Shown: positions 50,073-60,865 of the stretch, in pieces
How the letters are laid out: each line of letters opens with the position of its first letter
Position numbering within the stretch: the first letter of the stretch is position 1
Virus record (IMG/VR): IMGVR_UViG_3300025030_000041
Coordinates: 62,001 to 126,000 of that record
Strand: one strand, 5' to 3'
DNA: 64,000 nt
The notes under the pieces: model-generated
Database searches by the model: none
Seen by the model: only the letters and a program-made list of their open reading frames with translations
What the model was told of the DNA's origin: nothing
Program-made: the position numbers and the translations under genes

Positions 50073-51179
50073 TTATTGATTTCTAAGGTCTACTTCTATT
50101 TCTTTTCCTATTTTCTTTAATTTTTCAATTCCATTTTTATTATCAGTTGCTAAAATATCTTTCATTATAGAATTAAAGTCTTGCGCTTTTAGATGAGACA
50201 AATATGCTATTATATTATTTCTATATTTTTCATATCCTGAATCATAAATTGCAGTATTTAGTTTTTCCCAATAGGCTGGACCAATTCGTAATGCCATATT
50301 TTCTTGGCTTAACGAATCAGTTTTATCTATTACATATTTATTCTCTTCTGGAGATAGCTGGGTGTGCTGAGTTAACACTTCAACTACGCCTTTAACTAAT
50401 TCATGTACCAAAAAAGGAAATGATGTTGCCATTGATTCCACTTTAGGAGTATCTCCGGATAAATCTATTTTAACTTTACCTACTCCAGCTTTCTGGCCAG
50501 CTTGCTTTATAATTTCATCAGGAGTTATCCAATACCCATATTCAGTTAATATATTTAAAATAGTATACATATCAGTTAACCCAGGGTGTATCTTTTCGAG
50601 GTCATCTTGTATTAAATAATATGCATATTGTGTTTTTACGGCTGCTCCTTGAATTAACCCATTAATAAATTTACGTTTTTCAACTTCTAAATTTAATTCC
50701 TCTAAATTTTTTAATTTTTTAGGGTCTACTGGAATATCAGATATATCTATATTGCCACCGCCTTCGCTTAAATTTGCATTTAATATTAAGTCATCGTCAG
50801 ACAAATTAAATTCTTTTTTAACAAGGTCAACTGCCAATTTTTCTAATTTTTTAGAATTATTAGCTTCTATTTTTAATATAGTATTATATACATTAACTAA
50901 TATTGGATGTACGTCTCTAATATTAATAACTTCAGTTTTAATATTTAAATATTTTTTTAGTCTATCAATTACATCTTTAAATCTTTTAGATGCTATTAAT
51001 TGGTCAAATGTATCATTATTTTCAGGGTTAGGATATGCTGGATTTTTAGCAAGAGGGTGTTCGCCTTTATTAAAAGACTTCTCTATTCCAGATTCCATAC
51101 GATTTTGGTCATCGTATGATATTGGAGCTTCTGTAATAAATTCTTCAAATAATTTTGTATATTTATTTACACATTTCAT
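50073..51179 (-). CDS. hypothetical protein (KLFEEFITE leader)
   Basis: 368 aa ORF. Confidence 0.75.
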   Translation of the reverse strand: MKCVNKYTKLFEEFITEAPISYDDQNRMESGIEKSFNKGEHPLAKNPAYPNPENNDTFDQLIASKRFKDVIDRLKKYLNIKTEVINIRDVHPILVNVYNTILKIEANNSKKLEKLAVDLVKKEFNLSDDDLILNANLSEGGGNIDISDIPVDPKKLKNLEELNLEVEKRKFINGLIQGAAVKTQYAYYLIQDDLEKIHPGLTDMYTILNILTEYGYWITPDEIIKQAGQKAGVGKVKIDLSGDTPKVESMATSFPFLVHELVKGVVEVLTQHTQLSPEENKYVIDKTDSLSQENMALRIGPAYWEKLNTAIYDSGYEKYRNNIIAYLSHLKAQDFNSIMKDILATDNKNGIEKLKKIGKEIEVDLRNQ

Positions 51180-51188
51180 AGTGTAGTA

Positions 51189-51737
51189 TTATTTTATTTT
51201 TTTAGATTTAGTATTAGTTCCTTGACTATAAGATCCGCCTATAAGTTTTTGCTTAATTTGATCAATTAATACTGTATATTTTTTATTAGTAATAACTCCT
51301 AAATTTTCTATCACTGAAATTAAATATTCCATATTTATATATCCTAATATAAATGTATGAAGCCCACTATATATGCTATATATTATACTATTATTTTTTT
51401 CATACTGTAATTTTAAGCTCTGTACTACAAAGACCACACATATCCATACGAATACCTTTAATCCAAATCTAGAAAATTTCCTTGATTCAATTTTGTGTCC
51501 TTTAATCTTCGATGCTACAATTCCAGTTATTAATTCTAATATTAATAGGATAAAAAATGCAGCGAACGTTATTATATATAAACCTAAAAATTTTTCTGAA
51601 AAATATTGTAAACTCGTAACAATTATACTAAATGGTATAGTAAACCATAAAAACTTAGTATGAATTAAAGACTGGCTAAAGTCTATATAATCATTAAACC
51701 CAAAATTTATGACTAATGAATCAAATAACTTTCTCAT
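51189..51737 (-). CDS. putative holin
   Basis: TM helices, ELITGIVAS...IESRK...EYLISVIENLG. Confidence 0.7.
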   Translation of the reverse strand: MRKLFDSLVINFGFNDYIDFSQSLIHTKFLWFTIPFSIIVTSLQYFSEKFLGLYIITFAAFFILLILELITGIVASKIKGHKIESRKFSRFGLKVFVWICVVFVVQSLKLQYEKNNSIIYSIYSGLHTFILGYINMEYLISVIENLGVITNKKYTVLIDQIKQKLIGGSYSQGTNTKSKKIK

Positions 51738-51785
51738 AAAAAACTCACATTTTTATTTATTTATATAAGTTTCTTGTGTATTAAT

Positions 51786-52841
51786 TCATAAGGACTCTAT
51801 GTAATTCTTAACTTCTTCAATTTGTTCCAGTTGTATATCAGGAAAAATAATATTTAAATTTAAAATATACGAGGTCAATACTCCTGAGATATTAATTCCT
51901 TTATATGGAATAGTAATAGATTTCTTTTCTAGCTTTGGTTTTATATTTAAATTATAAGTTGATCCTTCGATAGTTTCAATTTGTTTAATACATCCAAACC
52001 ATGCATCAGTTAATGTTAAATTAATAAGTTGGGTAATATTAAAATTATTATCAAATTCTATAGTATTTGGTATTTCACTTATTACATTAATAAATAAATT
52101 TCCGATATAATATTTATTATTTTCTAGGTATTCATTTCCTTGATTTTGTATTTTAATTTTAAAAGTTAAATATTTTTTGTCTTTATTTTTAAATATAGAA
52201 TAATTAAAAGGTTTATGACGTATATTTAAATTTATTTTAATTCGTTCTTTTATTGTATTATGACCATCATTACATGTATTACATTTACTTTTTATTTTTC
52301 CAGCTCCGTTGCAGTTAGAACATGGTTCAACATTTGCACCATATAAATAATACTCTGGATTTTTATCCATTTTATATCCTTTCCCACTACATTCCGTACA
52401 TATATTGTATGATTTAGTTTTACAATTTACACAAAGTTGTATTTGGTCATAATTTAAATAATAGTCTATACCATTTAATAAATCCTTAAAAATAACGGTA
52501 ATTTCCTTATTAATATCTAAATTTAATTTAGACTTAAATGACGATGTATAAAAACTAGTATTAAAACTGCCAAAATCTGAAAAATCAAATTTTTGATGGT
52601 GGTTCCAATTAAATCTATTATTGCTAGTATTAATATTTAATTTATAATCGTAATTACGTCTTTTTTGTATATCTGATAAAGTAGAGTACGCTTCATTTAT
52701 AGTTTTCATTTTTTCTTCAGACTCTTTATTATTTGGGTTTCTGTCTGGATGCAACTCCATTGCTAATTTTTTATACGCTCTTTTTATATCTTCTATTGAT
52801 GCATTTGTAGAAATACCAAGGGTATTATAAAAATTTTTCAT
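51786..52841 (-). CDS. dnaJ: DnaJ-like co-chaperone
   Basis: J domain with HPD, CxxCxGxG zinc finger, C-terminal domain. Confidence 0.85.
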   Translation of the reverse strand: MKNFYNTLGISTNASIEDIKRAYKKLAMELHPDRNPNNKESEEKMKTINEAYSTLSDIQKRRNYDYKLNINTSNNRFNWNHHQKFDFSDFGSFNTSFYTSSFKSKLNLDINKEITVIFKDLLNGIDYYLNYDQIQLCVNCKTKSYNICTECSGKGYKMDKNPEYYLYGANVEPCSNCNGAGKIKSKCNTCNDGHNTIKERIKINLNIRHKPFNYSIFKNKDKKYLTFKIKIQNQGNEYLENNKYYIGNLFINVISEIPNTIEFDNNFNITQLINLTLTDAWFGCIKQIETIEGSTYNLNIKPKLEKKSITIPYKGINISGVLTSYILNLNIIFPDIQLEQIEEVKNYIESL

Positions 52842-52862
52842 TTTATTTTTTATTTTTAAAAT

Positions 52863-52895
52863 AAAAAGGCCTATTGATGAATCGATAGGCCTTTT
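52863..52895. terminator. intrinsic terminator (possibly bidirectional)
   Basis: aaaaggcctat/ataggcctttt. Confidence 0.75.
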
Positions 52896-52914
52896 TCAAA
52901 TTATTTAATGTGAT

Positions 52915-54075
52915 TTATAAAACATTGAATAATTTAGTAAAGTGATCTTTAAATGAATTTTTAAGTTTAGTATAATTATTAGAAGACTTAATAGTATTGC
53001 AGTCGGCCTTTTCAATAATCTTAAGTAAAACTGATGCAAATTCGTCATCACTTAATATTTTAAAAAACTTTATTAAGTTGTCAATCTGTGTATCAGTTAA
53101 GTTTTCAATTTTAATATCTTCTTTTATTTTAAATAAAAGTTCACTTATTTTATCCCTAGACGACCCCTTAATTTGTTTTTCTATAATATTATATTTATTT
53201 AAAATGTCATCTACTGTAAAATACTTAGAATTTTCGCAAAATTTAATAAATTTAGCAATAGAAGCACCAATATATGAACTCCCAATACTTTTTAAATCTA
53301 AAAGCCAGTTATCTGTATTATCTAAATTAATTCCATAATTTTTTATAATATAGTCTGACAGAAATGTCCAACTTCTAGGAGTGGCGTATGCTGCTTGATT
53401 TTCATTAGGTAATTTAAATAATTCTTCAGGATATGTCTTTATATAATCAATAATAATTGGATGAATGTTAGTATCGATAGTAGCAAAATCATCTAGCCAT
53501 TCTTGTGTTGTTAAATTATGCTTTTTATGTATTAATCTATTGTTTAAAGCAGAATCAAAAATTTCTACTTCTGTTCCGTCTTCTTCTCCTAAATTCCCGG
53601 AAGCAATCATTAAGACATTATCATTAAATTTAAAATTGGTTCCTATTCCCCTCTCTAATAAAATCTGTAATGCTGCATTACGAACAGATAACGACGCCCT
53701 ATTTAATTCTTCAAAATGAACTATTGTAGGATTAATATTAGACTCGACTGACCATTTTGGGATAGCATAATCTAAAACTGGTATTTCATTATTATTATAA
53801 TTAATCTTTGAAAGAACTGGGTATAATCCAATGTCAGTTTCATCAATTAGACTAAGACGAATATCCATATATTGGAATCCTAATTTTTTAGCAATTGCTC
53901 GAGGAGTTGCTGACTTAGCTACTCCAGGTGGTCCGGATATAAATAATACTCCACTTTTTGCGTTCATAATCTTAAAGTACTGTAATTGTACTTTAGTTAA
54001 AGTTGAAAGTTTTTTTTGAATATCTTTCATATCCTTTCCATTTTTCAAAATTGAAATTCCATTTTTTAAATTCAT
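52915..54075 (-). CDS. MoxR-like AAA+ ATPase
   Basis: GPPGVAKS, HFEELNRA, ASGN, ALNNRL, TPRSW. Confidence 0.85.
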   Translation of the reverse strand: MNLKNGISILKNGKDMKDIQKKLSTLTKVQLQYFKIMNAKSGVLFISGPPGVAKSATPRAIAKKLGFQYMDIRLSLIDETDIGLYPVLSKINYNNNEIPVLDYAIPKWSVESNINPTIVHFEELNRASLSVRNAALQILLERGIGTNFKFNDNVLMIASGNLGEEDGTEVEIFDSALNNRLIHKKHNLTTQEWLDDFATIDTNIHPIIIDYIKTYPEELFKLPNENQAAYATPRSWTFLSDYIIKNYGINLDNTDNWLLDLKSIGSSYIGASIAKFIKFCENSKYFTVDDILNKYNIIEKQIKGSSRDKISELLFKIKEDIKIENLTDTQIDNLIKFFKILSDDEFASVLLKIIEKADCNTIKSSNNYTKLKNSFKDHFTKLFNVL

Positions 54076-54143
54076 TTTTTTTTCGTTTTATTTAATTTAA
54101 AAAGCCAGTATTTAAACTGGCCTTCTAAATTAGAATTTAATTT

Positions 54144-54326
54144 TTATGATTTTTTAGTTTTCTTATTTTCTTGAACATCAAGCCGAAGTTCTTGAAATAA
54201 TTTTTTTCCATCTTGCGCGGATTTTCTAAGTCTAGAACCTGCACTAGAGTTACCTTTTTCATAAAATTTATTAGCATCGTCTTCCATAGAAGCTACTAAT
54301 TCTTTAAGTTTGTTAAAAATTTCCAT
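54144..54326 (-). CDS. histone H1-like (Hc1-type) small protein
   Basis: DANKFYEKGNSSAGSRLRK. Confidence 0.75.
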   Translation of the reverse strand: MEIFNKLKELVASMEDDANKFYEKGNSSAGSRLRKSAQDGKKLFQELRLDVQENKKTKKS

Positions 54327-54377
54327 GTTTTGTTTTTATTATTTTATTGTTTTATATATTAAGATATTGATTTTGTT

Positions 54378-55658
54378 TTAAAAATTTTCAGTTATTATTA
54401 TTTTTCTTACTTTCTTTTTTCCACATATAGGGGGCTCTCCTTTATATGCTGATATATATAATACTTTACCTTTTAATTTATCAAAATTTAAACTCTCATG
54501 CATAGTATCACTAAGAACTACTGTATTAAATTTATTTAGTTTAGTATCTTTTACAATATAATCAATTCCTGGCTGTAAGACTGTACCGCCTAATCCAGTT
54601 ATTTTTAAATTTTTAAAATCATTTAAGGTTTTAATTTTATCTATTTTATTAATTTGGGTATCACACTGTATTAAGTTTATAGTAATATCGCTTCTAAAAA
54701 TATATGATAAAACTTTTTCAAAATACCCATTCATTGATCCTGATGTATCTAATAAACAATTTATTTCAAATCCAGGTATTTTAAATTTTCCTTTTAAACC
54801 TAGTATTTTACGATTTGGTTTATGATACGACTTATCTTTAAGACTATTATTTTTAATTGTGCCTATTGCTTTTTTAATTTCTTTTAAATAATCCTTTTTT
54901 TGTCTTCTTAAATTTCCTAAAAGAATTTCAGTATTTCCATGAACTAATCCTCTGTTTTTTAATCCTTGAATCATATCTTTTACTAACTCTTTCTTCATTT
55001 CATCAGATATTTCATCTTCTAAATGCTGATCAAAAAATTGACCATCATTTTCTTCTCCATTTTTAAAAATAGTATCTAAATCATACATATCTTGATTATT
55101 TTTACCAAAATTTCCATAATTAGGGCTAGTTGGACCTGAATTATTAGATTTTTGTTTGTTTTTATACTCTTGATATTTATCATATAACCAATCATATAAA
55201 ATCTCAAAACTTTCATATCCAGTATAGTCGTTTGGTATAAATAATATAGCATTATTTCCATGTTCATCTTTAATAGGATTTGCCCAGCCTGTAAAATATC
55301 GTATAATATTTTGATTAATAATCATATCCTGGGCTTCATTTGCAAGTTTTTTAATATGAAATTTAGTAGTTCGGCTAGGATGGTCCCATAACAAATGACT
55401 TATTTCATGAACAACCAAAAAATTAATTTCTGTTGTATTTAATGAATCTATAAATTCAGAATTATAATAAAAATTCATTCCTTTACTTGTAACATTAACT
55501 CCTGCTGTTTGTATAGACTTAGTTTCAATAAAATTAGTTCTTAATGCAATTTCCGCATAAAATAAATAATCCTGCCTAGTTAACATTCCTATAATACAAT
55601 CTGAAATTTTTTGATGAACTTTATGCCTATCAAAAATATTTACTTCTATATTTTTCAT
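54378..55658 (-). CDS. metallopeptidase-VWA protein (DUF2201-like)
   Basis: HEISH, DTSGSM, GLGGT. Confidence 0.85.
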   Translation of the reverse strand: MKNIEVNIFDRHKVHQKISDCIIGMLTRQDYLFYAEIALRTNFIETKSIQTAGVNVTSKGMNFYYNSEFIDSLNTTEINFLVVHEISHLLWDHPSRTTKFHIKKLANEAQDMIINQNIIRYFTGWANPIKDEHGNNAILFIPNDYTGYESFEILYDWLYDKYQEYKNKQKSNNSGPTSPNYGNFGKNNQDMYDLDTIFKNGEENDGQFFDQHLEDEISDEMKKELVKDMIQGLKNRGLVHGNTEILLGNLRRQKKDYLKEIKKAIGTIKNNSLKDKSYHKPNRKILGLKGKFKIPGFEINCLLDTSGSMNGYFEKVLSYIFRSDITINLIQCDTQINKIDKIKTLNDFKNLKITGLGGTVLQPGIDYIVKDTKLNKFNTVVLSDTMHESLNFDKLKGKVLYISAYKGEPPICGKKKVRKIIITENF

Positions 55659-55672
55659 AAATTTTATTTTTG

Positions 55673-55882
55673 TTATTCATACTTAACATCAGATTTCTTA
55701 AGTTCTTCTACTTCATAGATAGCGTTTTGTTCAGCGTCTATTGCTGCTTTAAATATTTCAATCAACTCTTGTTTTGCCTCACTGAAGGTTTCATAAACAT
55801 TTCCTTCTCTTTTAGTAGTTGCAACAATTTCCCAACTATCACACCTATTATCTGTTATTCTATAGTAAATTTTGTCTTTCAT
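55673..55882 (-). CDS. hypothetical protein
   Basis: ORF. Confidence 0.6.
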   Translation of the reverse strand: MKDKIYYRITDNRCDSWEIVATTKREGNVYETFSEAKQELIEIFKAAIDAEQNAIYEVEELKKSDVKYE

Positions 55883-55916
55883 TATAAAGTTTTAAGTAGA
55901 GTAAACCCCTGTTAAA

Positions 55917-56357
55917 TTAAGACACTGTAATTACCATAGTTTCAAAATCAATTTCTACATCTTGTGGAATGCACATTCCATCTTCTCCTATTTTAAATTC
56001 GCTTGCAATAGCCCATTTTTTACCATTCCATTCTTTATAACTATCAACTTCAAACCATCTACTTATGGTTCCATTTTGATATTCCTTTCCGCCTGCTATA
56101 ATTAGCGTATCTTTTTCTTCTTTGGTTAAATCCTCAGTATAAACTTCCCACTCAATAGTTGTAACAACTCGAGTTGCATAAACTGAAATTGATCTTATTC
56201 CCCAGCGTCTTGCCTCAGGCTCTAATACCCAATTTACGTAACACTTGGGTTTTCCTGTATCAATATCTACAGTAGGAACTCCAAAAAAATTATTCAGCCC
56301 ATAGACTGTACAGTCATTAACTAATGTTTGGTAATCACACTCTAATAAAGTTGACAT
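55917..56357 (-). CDS. hypothetical protein
   Basis: ORF. Confidence 0.7.
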   Translation of the reverse strand: MSTLLECDYQTLVNDCTVYGLNNFFGVPTVDIDTGKPKCYVNWVLEPEARRWGIRSISVYATRVVTTIEWEVYTEDLTKEEKDTLIIAGGKEYQNGTISRWFEVDSYKEWNGKKWAIASEFKIGEDGMCIPQDVEIDFETMVITVS

Positions 56358-56431
56358 ATTTTTTGTTTTAATTATTTTTTATTTTATTTAATATAACGCC
56401 ATACATTTTCCGTAAATGCTATACGTAAAAA

Positions 56432-56614
56432 TTATGAGATGATGATAAAATTATAGCCACACTCACTGGTATTTGTTATAAATTCAACCGTCATACCAAT
56501 ATAAGGTTGGATAGATTGTCTCCTCCACTCTGATTTACCGCCAACTCTAGTAGCATCTATTAAAACTTCTGGAAATTCTTTATCATCCATTCCTCTAATT
56601 GGTAATAAAAACAA
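56432..56614 (-). CDS. hypothetical protein (5' end uncertain)
   Basis: ORF. Confidence 0.45.
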   Translation of the reverse strand: MFLLPIRGMDDKEFPEVLIDATRVGGKSEWRRQSIQPYIGMTVEFITNTSECGYNFIIIS

Positions 56615-56726
56615 TTTTCCATCAGCGGTTTCTACAAATCCATCTTTTTTAATAAAACCTGTTTTTTTTTTCCATTTGTATAATTTTTAGAAATAAAATC
56701 CATCATGATACTAATATCGATAAAAA

Positions 56727-56966
56727 CTAAGGGTGTTCACGTTCTAACTTTTCATTAATAGCGTCAACAATAAACTGTCCTACTTTATCTTGAAATTCAG
56801 CAGCCATATCTACGTCTAATTTGAAAATATTTTGCAACTCACCCCATCCTCTTACATCTGCTACATGGTGTAAGTAATCCGCCTCCTTAGCCTTTTCTAC
56901 TGCCCATATTTGAGCGCCACTATTATCATATTGCACTCCATTTTTAAACCACTCTTTTATTGTCAT
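56727..56966 (-). CDS. hypothetical protein
   Basis: ORF just downstream of a half promoter cassette. Confidence 0.7.
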   Translation of the reverse strand: MTIKEWFKNGVQYDNSGAQIWAVEKAKEADYLHHVADVRGWGELQNIFKLDVDMAAEFQDKVGQFIVDAINEKLEREHP

Positions 56967-56981
56967 ACTTGTAATTTTTAA

Positions 56982-57022
56982 ATTTAATACAAAAATAAGA
57001 AAAAGTTTTGATATATTAAAAC
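56982..57022 (-). promoter_or_regulatory. half copy of the promoter cassette
   Basis: atttaatacaaaaataagaaaaagttttgatatattaa. Confidence 0.7.
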
Positions 57023-57036
57023 TTTAAAATCCTATC

Positions 57037-57336
57037 TTAATAGCTTATACCAGGTAAAAGACCTGGAGTCTTTGATGGCGAAGCCATCATATTATATAGT
57101 ATAGCATCATCAGTAGAGTTATTACTCCTTTTTTTATAATTTTTATTAGGTTTATGCTCATAATTAATATCTCCATGATGCATATCGTAATATTCATCGC
57201 ACTCGCAATGAGAACTATATTCGTATTTTATTTTATTGTAGTCATTGCGGTGTTTTGTAGTAATGCCACTAAATATTCCAAGGGCAAGGCCTATACCAAT
57301 TGCACATATTAAAATAATTCTATTAAAAATTTTCAT
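57037..57336 (-). CDS. membrane-anchored hypothetical protein
   Basis: N-terminal TM helix. Confidence 0.6.
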   Translation of the reverse strand: MKIFNRIILICAIGIGLALGIFSGITTKHRNDYNKIKYEYSSHCECDEYYDMHHGDINYEHKPNKNYKKRSNNSTDDAILYNMMASPSKTPGLLPGISY

Positions 57337-57443
57337 TATTTATAGTTTTTTAAGATATATGATTATTAAATATTTTTTTATTAAAATTAAATAGAGATTT
57401 AATCTAAACTCTTTAAAAATGTGTATTTTTACTAAAAACATTT

Positions 57444-58265
57444 TTAACTCGAGTCATCTATTTTAACTAGTATACTATTTAAAATTTCGTTTGAGTTTGA
57501 TACTATTATTTCTTCGAAAATATCATTTTTATTCTTTTGAGCTTTCATTTTACCAGTTTTAAGTATTTTAAATTTCCAATTATTTTCAATTATAGAACTA
57601 AATAATATGTTATTAAAAATATTAGATTTCTTTAAAAAATTTGTTAAAATGAAATTTTTATTAATTAAATAATTATAAAGAGTTTTTTCTTTATTTTCTG
57701 ACCAACTTGTATTATATCCAGCTGCAGATATTAGATATGGCGGATCTACAAAATATAAATACTCTGGATGATTTATAGTTTCATAAGATTCATTATAAAA
57801 AATGATATTTTTATGTTTTATTCTACTATGAAAATTTCGTAATTTATTTTCCATAGAGCTATTAAACTTTCGTTTACCCCATGTCTGATTAAATTTAAAG
57901 TTTGAGTTAAATCTAATCATATTATTTGTACAAGTTGAAAGTAAACACATAAATACTATTGGGCAATTTGTAGTATTAAAGGTTTCTCTTAAACTATTAT
58001 ATTGTTCTTTAGATTCTATCTTAGATGTTATTTTAAATAAATCATTTATTATTGAATTTAGTTCAGTATATGACGACTTGTATATTAATTCTTGAAATTG
58101 AATTAGTGGAGTAATTATGTCATTAACTATTATATCATTAGATTTAACATTAGACCGTATTCCGCCGCCACCTCCAAATAAGTCAACGAAAGGCACATTT
58201 ATTTCATGTAAATTAAAATAATTTGATTTACTTCCAGAAAAATTAAAAGGACATGTTTTTATCAT
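57444..58265 (-). CDS. dam: DNA adenine methyltransferase (Dam / D12 class)
   Basis: FSGSK, DLFGGGG, VND, DPPY. Confidence 0.85.
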   Translation of the reverse strand: MIKTCPFNFSGSKSNYFNLHEINVPFVDLFGGGGGIRSNVKSNDIIVNDIITPLIQFQELIYKSSYTELNSIINDLFKITSKIESKEQYNSLRETFNTTNCPIVFMCLLSTCTNNMIRFNSNFKFNQTWGKRKFNSSMENKLRNFHSRIKHKNIIFYNESYETINHPEYLYFVDPPYLISAAGYNTSWSENKEKTLYNYLINKNFILTNFLKKSNIFNNILFSSIIENNWKFKILKTGKMKAQKNKNDIFEEIIVSNSNEILNSILVKIDDSS

Positions 58266-58290
58266 TTAAAATACCATTAGTATTAATCTT

Positions 58291-58494
58291 TTATTGTTTA
58301 TCATTTTTAAATAAAGATAATTGGTCTTCTTTTTTGTATTTGCTAGGATAAACAGTAGACTGTATTAGTAAATGCTTAGTTTTTTGTTTAGGAGTCCAAT
58401 ATAACTTTGCCTCTATTACTTTTAAATGTAGGTTTCTATTAATTCTAAAACCATTAATGTTTTCTACACATTTAATAATTTGCGAGTTTATCAT
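58291..58494 (-). CDS. hypothetical protein
   Basis: ORF. Confidence 0.5.
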   Translation of the reverse strand: MINSQIIKCVENINGFRINRNLHLKVIEAKLYWTPKQKTKHLLIQSTVYPSKYKKEDQLSLFKNDKQ

Positions 58495-58500
58495 GTTTTT

Positions 58501-59061
58501 TTATTTTATAAATTTTTCTTTATATTTATCAGCTATTTTTTTTATTTTTAACGAGTACAGAGAATCTCCAGCATACGATTTTTGTAAGTACTCATAATAC
58601 TCCTTTTCATTTTTTATATTTGATAAATATCTAGCTTGATATAATGCATAGTCTAAAATACTTTCTTTCCATGAACAATAAAAAGAATACCCGCTGTATT
58701 CCATTGTAGAAGTTGTTACTCTAGACTTTGGATGTTTCATTCCAAATAAATTATTGTTTTCTATAAATAATTTACTTTTAAAATTATTACTTTCAAGTTT
58801 AGATTGAGCAAACACAATCCATGGAAATTTAATATTTAATTCTTTTAAATAATCTTTTAAATTATCTTCAGAAAAATACTCAGTTGAATCAACCTGAACA
58901 ACATTTTCATTTTTTGTAATATGGCTTCTATTCTTAACCTTTGTTAATGAATATGTAAATATACAAAAAATAAGTAATATTAAAAATAAAAATACGTATA
59001 TAAGTTTATGATTTATTTTTTTAAACTCTAAACTTTGCTTATCATAGTAAAATAAATTCAT
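58501..59061 (-). CDS. GH73 glucosaminidase-like peptidoglycan hydrolase with N-terminal TM helix
   Basis: AQSKLES, NNLFGMK, YAGD. Confidence 0.8.
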   Translation of the reverse strand: MNLFYYDKQSLEFKKINHKLIYVFLFLILLIFCIFTYSLTKVKNRSHITKNENVVQVDSTEYFSEDNLKDYLKELNIKFPWIVFAQSKLESNNFKSKLFIENNNLFGMKHPKSRVTTSTMEYSGYSFYCSWKESILDYALYQARYLSNIKNEKEYYEYLQKSYAGDSLYSLKIKKIADKYKEKFIK

Positions 59062-59121
59062 AGTTTAAATTATTTAATGGTTAGACTACACTTTAAATTT
59101 CAATATAGTTGGTACACAGCA

Positions 59122-59325
59122 TCATGTAAGCCATTTATCATGTAAAAAATAAAAGCGTTCCTGTAGTTTAGACACCTTTATTTTTATTCTATTGCATTTA
59201 TCAGTATTAAAATTACGTTTATCATTCATGTCACTGTGATGTAATAACATTTGATTAAACTTAGAAATTTCACCAGATAGTTTAATCATTTCAAGAATTT
59301 CGTATTTTAAATTGGATAAACCCAT
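59122..59325 (-). CDS. hypothetical protein
   Basis: ORF. Confidence 0.55.
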   Translation of the reverse strand: MGLSNLKYEILEMIKLSGEISKFNQMLLHHSDMNDKRNFNTDKCNRIKIKVSKLQERFYFLHDKWLT

Positions 59326-59329
59326 ATTT

Positions 59330-59566
59330 TTAATTGTATTTTCTAATTAATTGAAAAATTTTACCAATATTACTACATGCTATGTTTTGACATTCTCTTA
59401 TAGGAAGAATACATACGACGAAACCATGTTCACTATTAAATTTTTCCTTTATAACTTTCCCATTAATTTTAATAATATAAACCCAAGGAAAATTACCCAT
59501 TAATTCTATATTAATGTTTATTTTTTTCATTCTATTTACAAAAATATCTAATCTGTTATTCGTCAT
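59330..59566 (-). CDS. hypothetical phage protein
   Basis: ORF. Confidence 0.65.
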   Translation of the reverse strand: MTNNRLDIFVNRMKKININIELMGNFPWVYIIKINGKVIKEKFNSEHGFVVCILPIRECQNIACSNIGKIFQLIRKYN

Positions 59567-59607
59567 ATTACTTTATAATAGGGTAACACTAAATACCCTT
59601 AATAAAA

Positions 59608-59952
59608 TTATTTACATTGGGCTTCTAATAATTCAAAAGCTTTCTCATAACATGCAAGTTCAGCCTTTTCTCGGGTTCTATATTTTAAATTTGATGAATA
59701 CATTAATCTACTTTTTGTTAGTATCCCGTAGTGCCAGTCTTTTCCATTTACTGTATAACAATAAGTATTAATATTTCTGCTATCAAAAAAGTCAAATAAA
59801 TGTCTTAATACCCACTTTGGTTCATTAATAAATATTCCCCAAATGTCTGGGTTGTCGATTTCTCCCCAAACATCAACTGTAGAGTGGTCTTTACATAATT
59901 CAGCAAACGCTTTTTGATACGTTGCACTAATTCGTTTCCAATATTTTTTCAT
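59608..59952 (-). CDS. hypothetical protein
   Basis: ORF. Confidence 0.7.
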   Translation of the reverse strand: MKKYWKRISATYQKAFAELCKDHSTVDVWGEIDNPDIWGIFINEPKWVLRHLFDFFDSRNINTYCYTVNGKDWHYGILTKSRLMYSSNLKYRTREKAELACYEKAFELLEAQCK

Positions 59953-60010
59953 AGCTATTTTAAATTATCTTATTTAATTTGATTCACGTCAAGAAAAATT
60001 AAAAGGACAA

Positions 60011-60196
60011 CTAATTACAAAACTCACGGCATTTAGCACACTTCTGGCCGTCTGCTGTTTTTATAGCAGGAAGTCGTGATAAGGCTAATTCAAAACCTGC
60101 TATAAAAGCATCCCAGCTGGGCTTATTTCCCATTGGCGTGCCATACTTGTCTATACAGTATTTTTCCGCTAATTTTTCTATTTCCAATTTTGTCAT
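60011..60196 (-). CDS. hypothetical protein
   Basis: ORF. Confidence 0.55.
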   Translation of the reverse strand: MTKLEIEKLAEKYCIDKYGTPMGNKPSWDAFIAGFELALSRLPAIKTADGQKCAKCREFCN

Positions 60197-60267
60197 ATCA
60201 ATTCAAATTTATTGTTAATGTGTTATTGAAATTATTAAATTTAAGTTATGAAGCTAAACCTTTACGA

Positions 60268-60390
60268 AATATTTAATATAAAAATAAGAAATAGTTTTGA
60301 TATATTAAAATATTTAGTACTTTATTTTTAAACTAAATATAACGAGTTAATATAATTAATTGATAATCAATCTATTAAATGATAAATACT
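60268..60390 (-). repeat. promoter cassette copy 5 (diverged)
   Basis: tagtactttatttttaaactaaatataacgagttaatataattaattgataatcaatcta. Confidence 0.85.
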
Positions 60391-60456
60391 TACTCATTTA
60401 AATAGTTCTTAAATTAGACTACTATAAACTTTATCATTTTTGTTTGTGCTTTATAA

Positions 60457-60726
60457 TTAATTAATTCGGTTTTCATTTTTATCAATCGCGTAATTTGCAA
60501 ATACTTTTATAGATTTAACACTATCAAATATAAAATACCAAATATCTTCTAATTTAATAAGTAATGCAGTCAAATACTTATTTTTATTAAACATTTGGCT
60601 AGACAACATTTTAGGTAAAATTTTACCCTTATAATCATACCCAGTATTCTTTATATTATCTTTACGATGCCTTAATATATAATATGGACTTTCAGTAGGA
60701 TTTATACTTATTTTTACCATTGACAC
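60457..60726 (-). CDS. hypothetical protein
   Basis: ORF. Confidence 0.65.
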   Translation of the reverse strand: MSMVKISINPTESPYYILRHRKDNIKNTGYDYKGKILPKMLSSQMFNKNKYLTALLIKLEDIWYFIFDSVKSIKVFANYAIDKNENRIN

Positions 60727-60865
60727 TAATTTAAGATATTTATTTTATTTATTAAATAGTAAAGTAAATGTATTTTTGTCATAACATTTTTAAATAGGTG
60801 ACATATTGTCATTTTTAGTAAATTGGCATAGTATTTATGAGATAGATTAAAAAACTTTTAAAATT

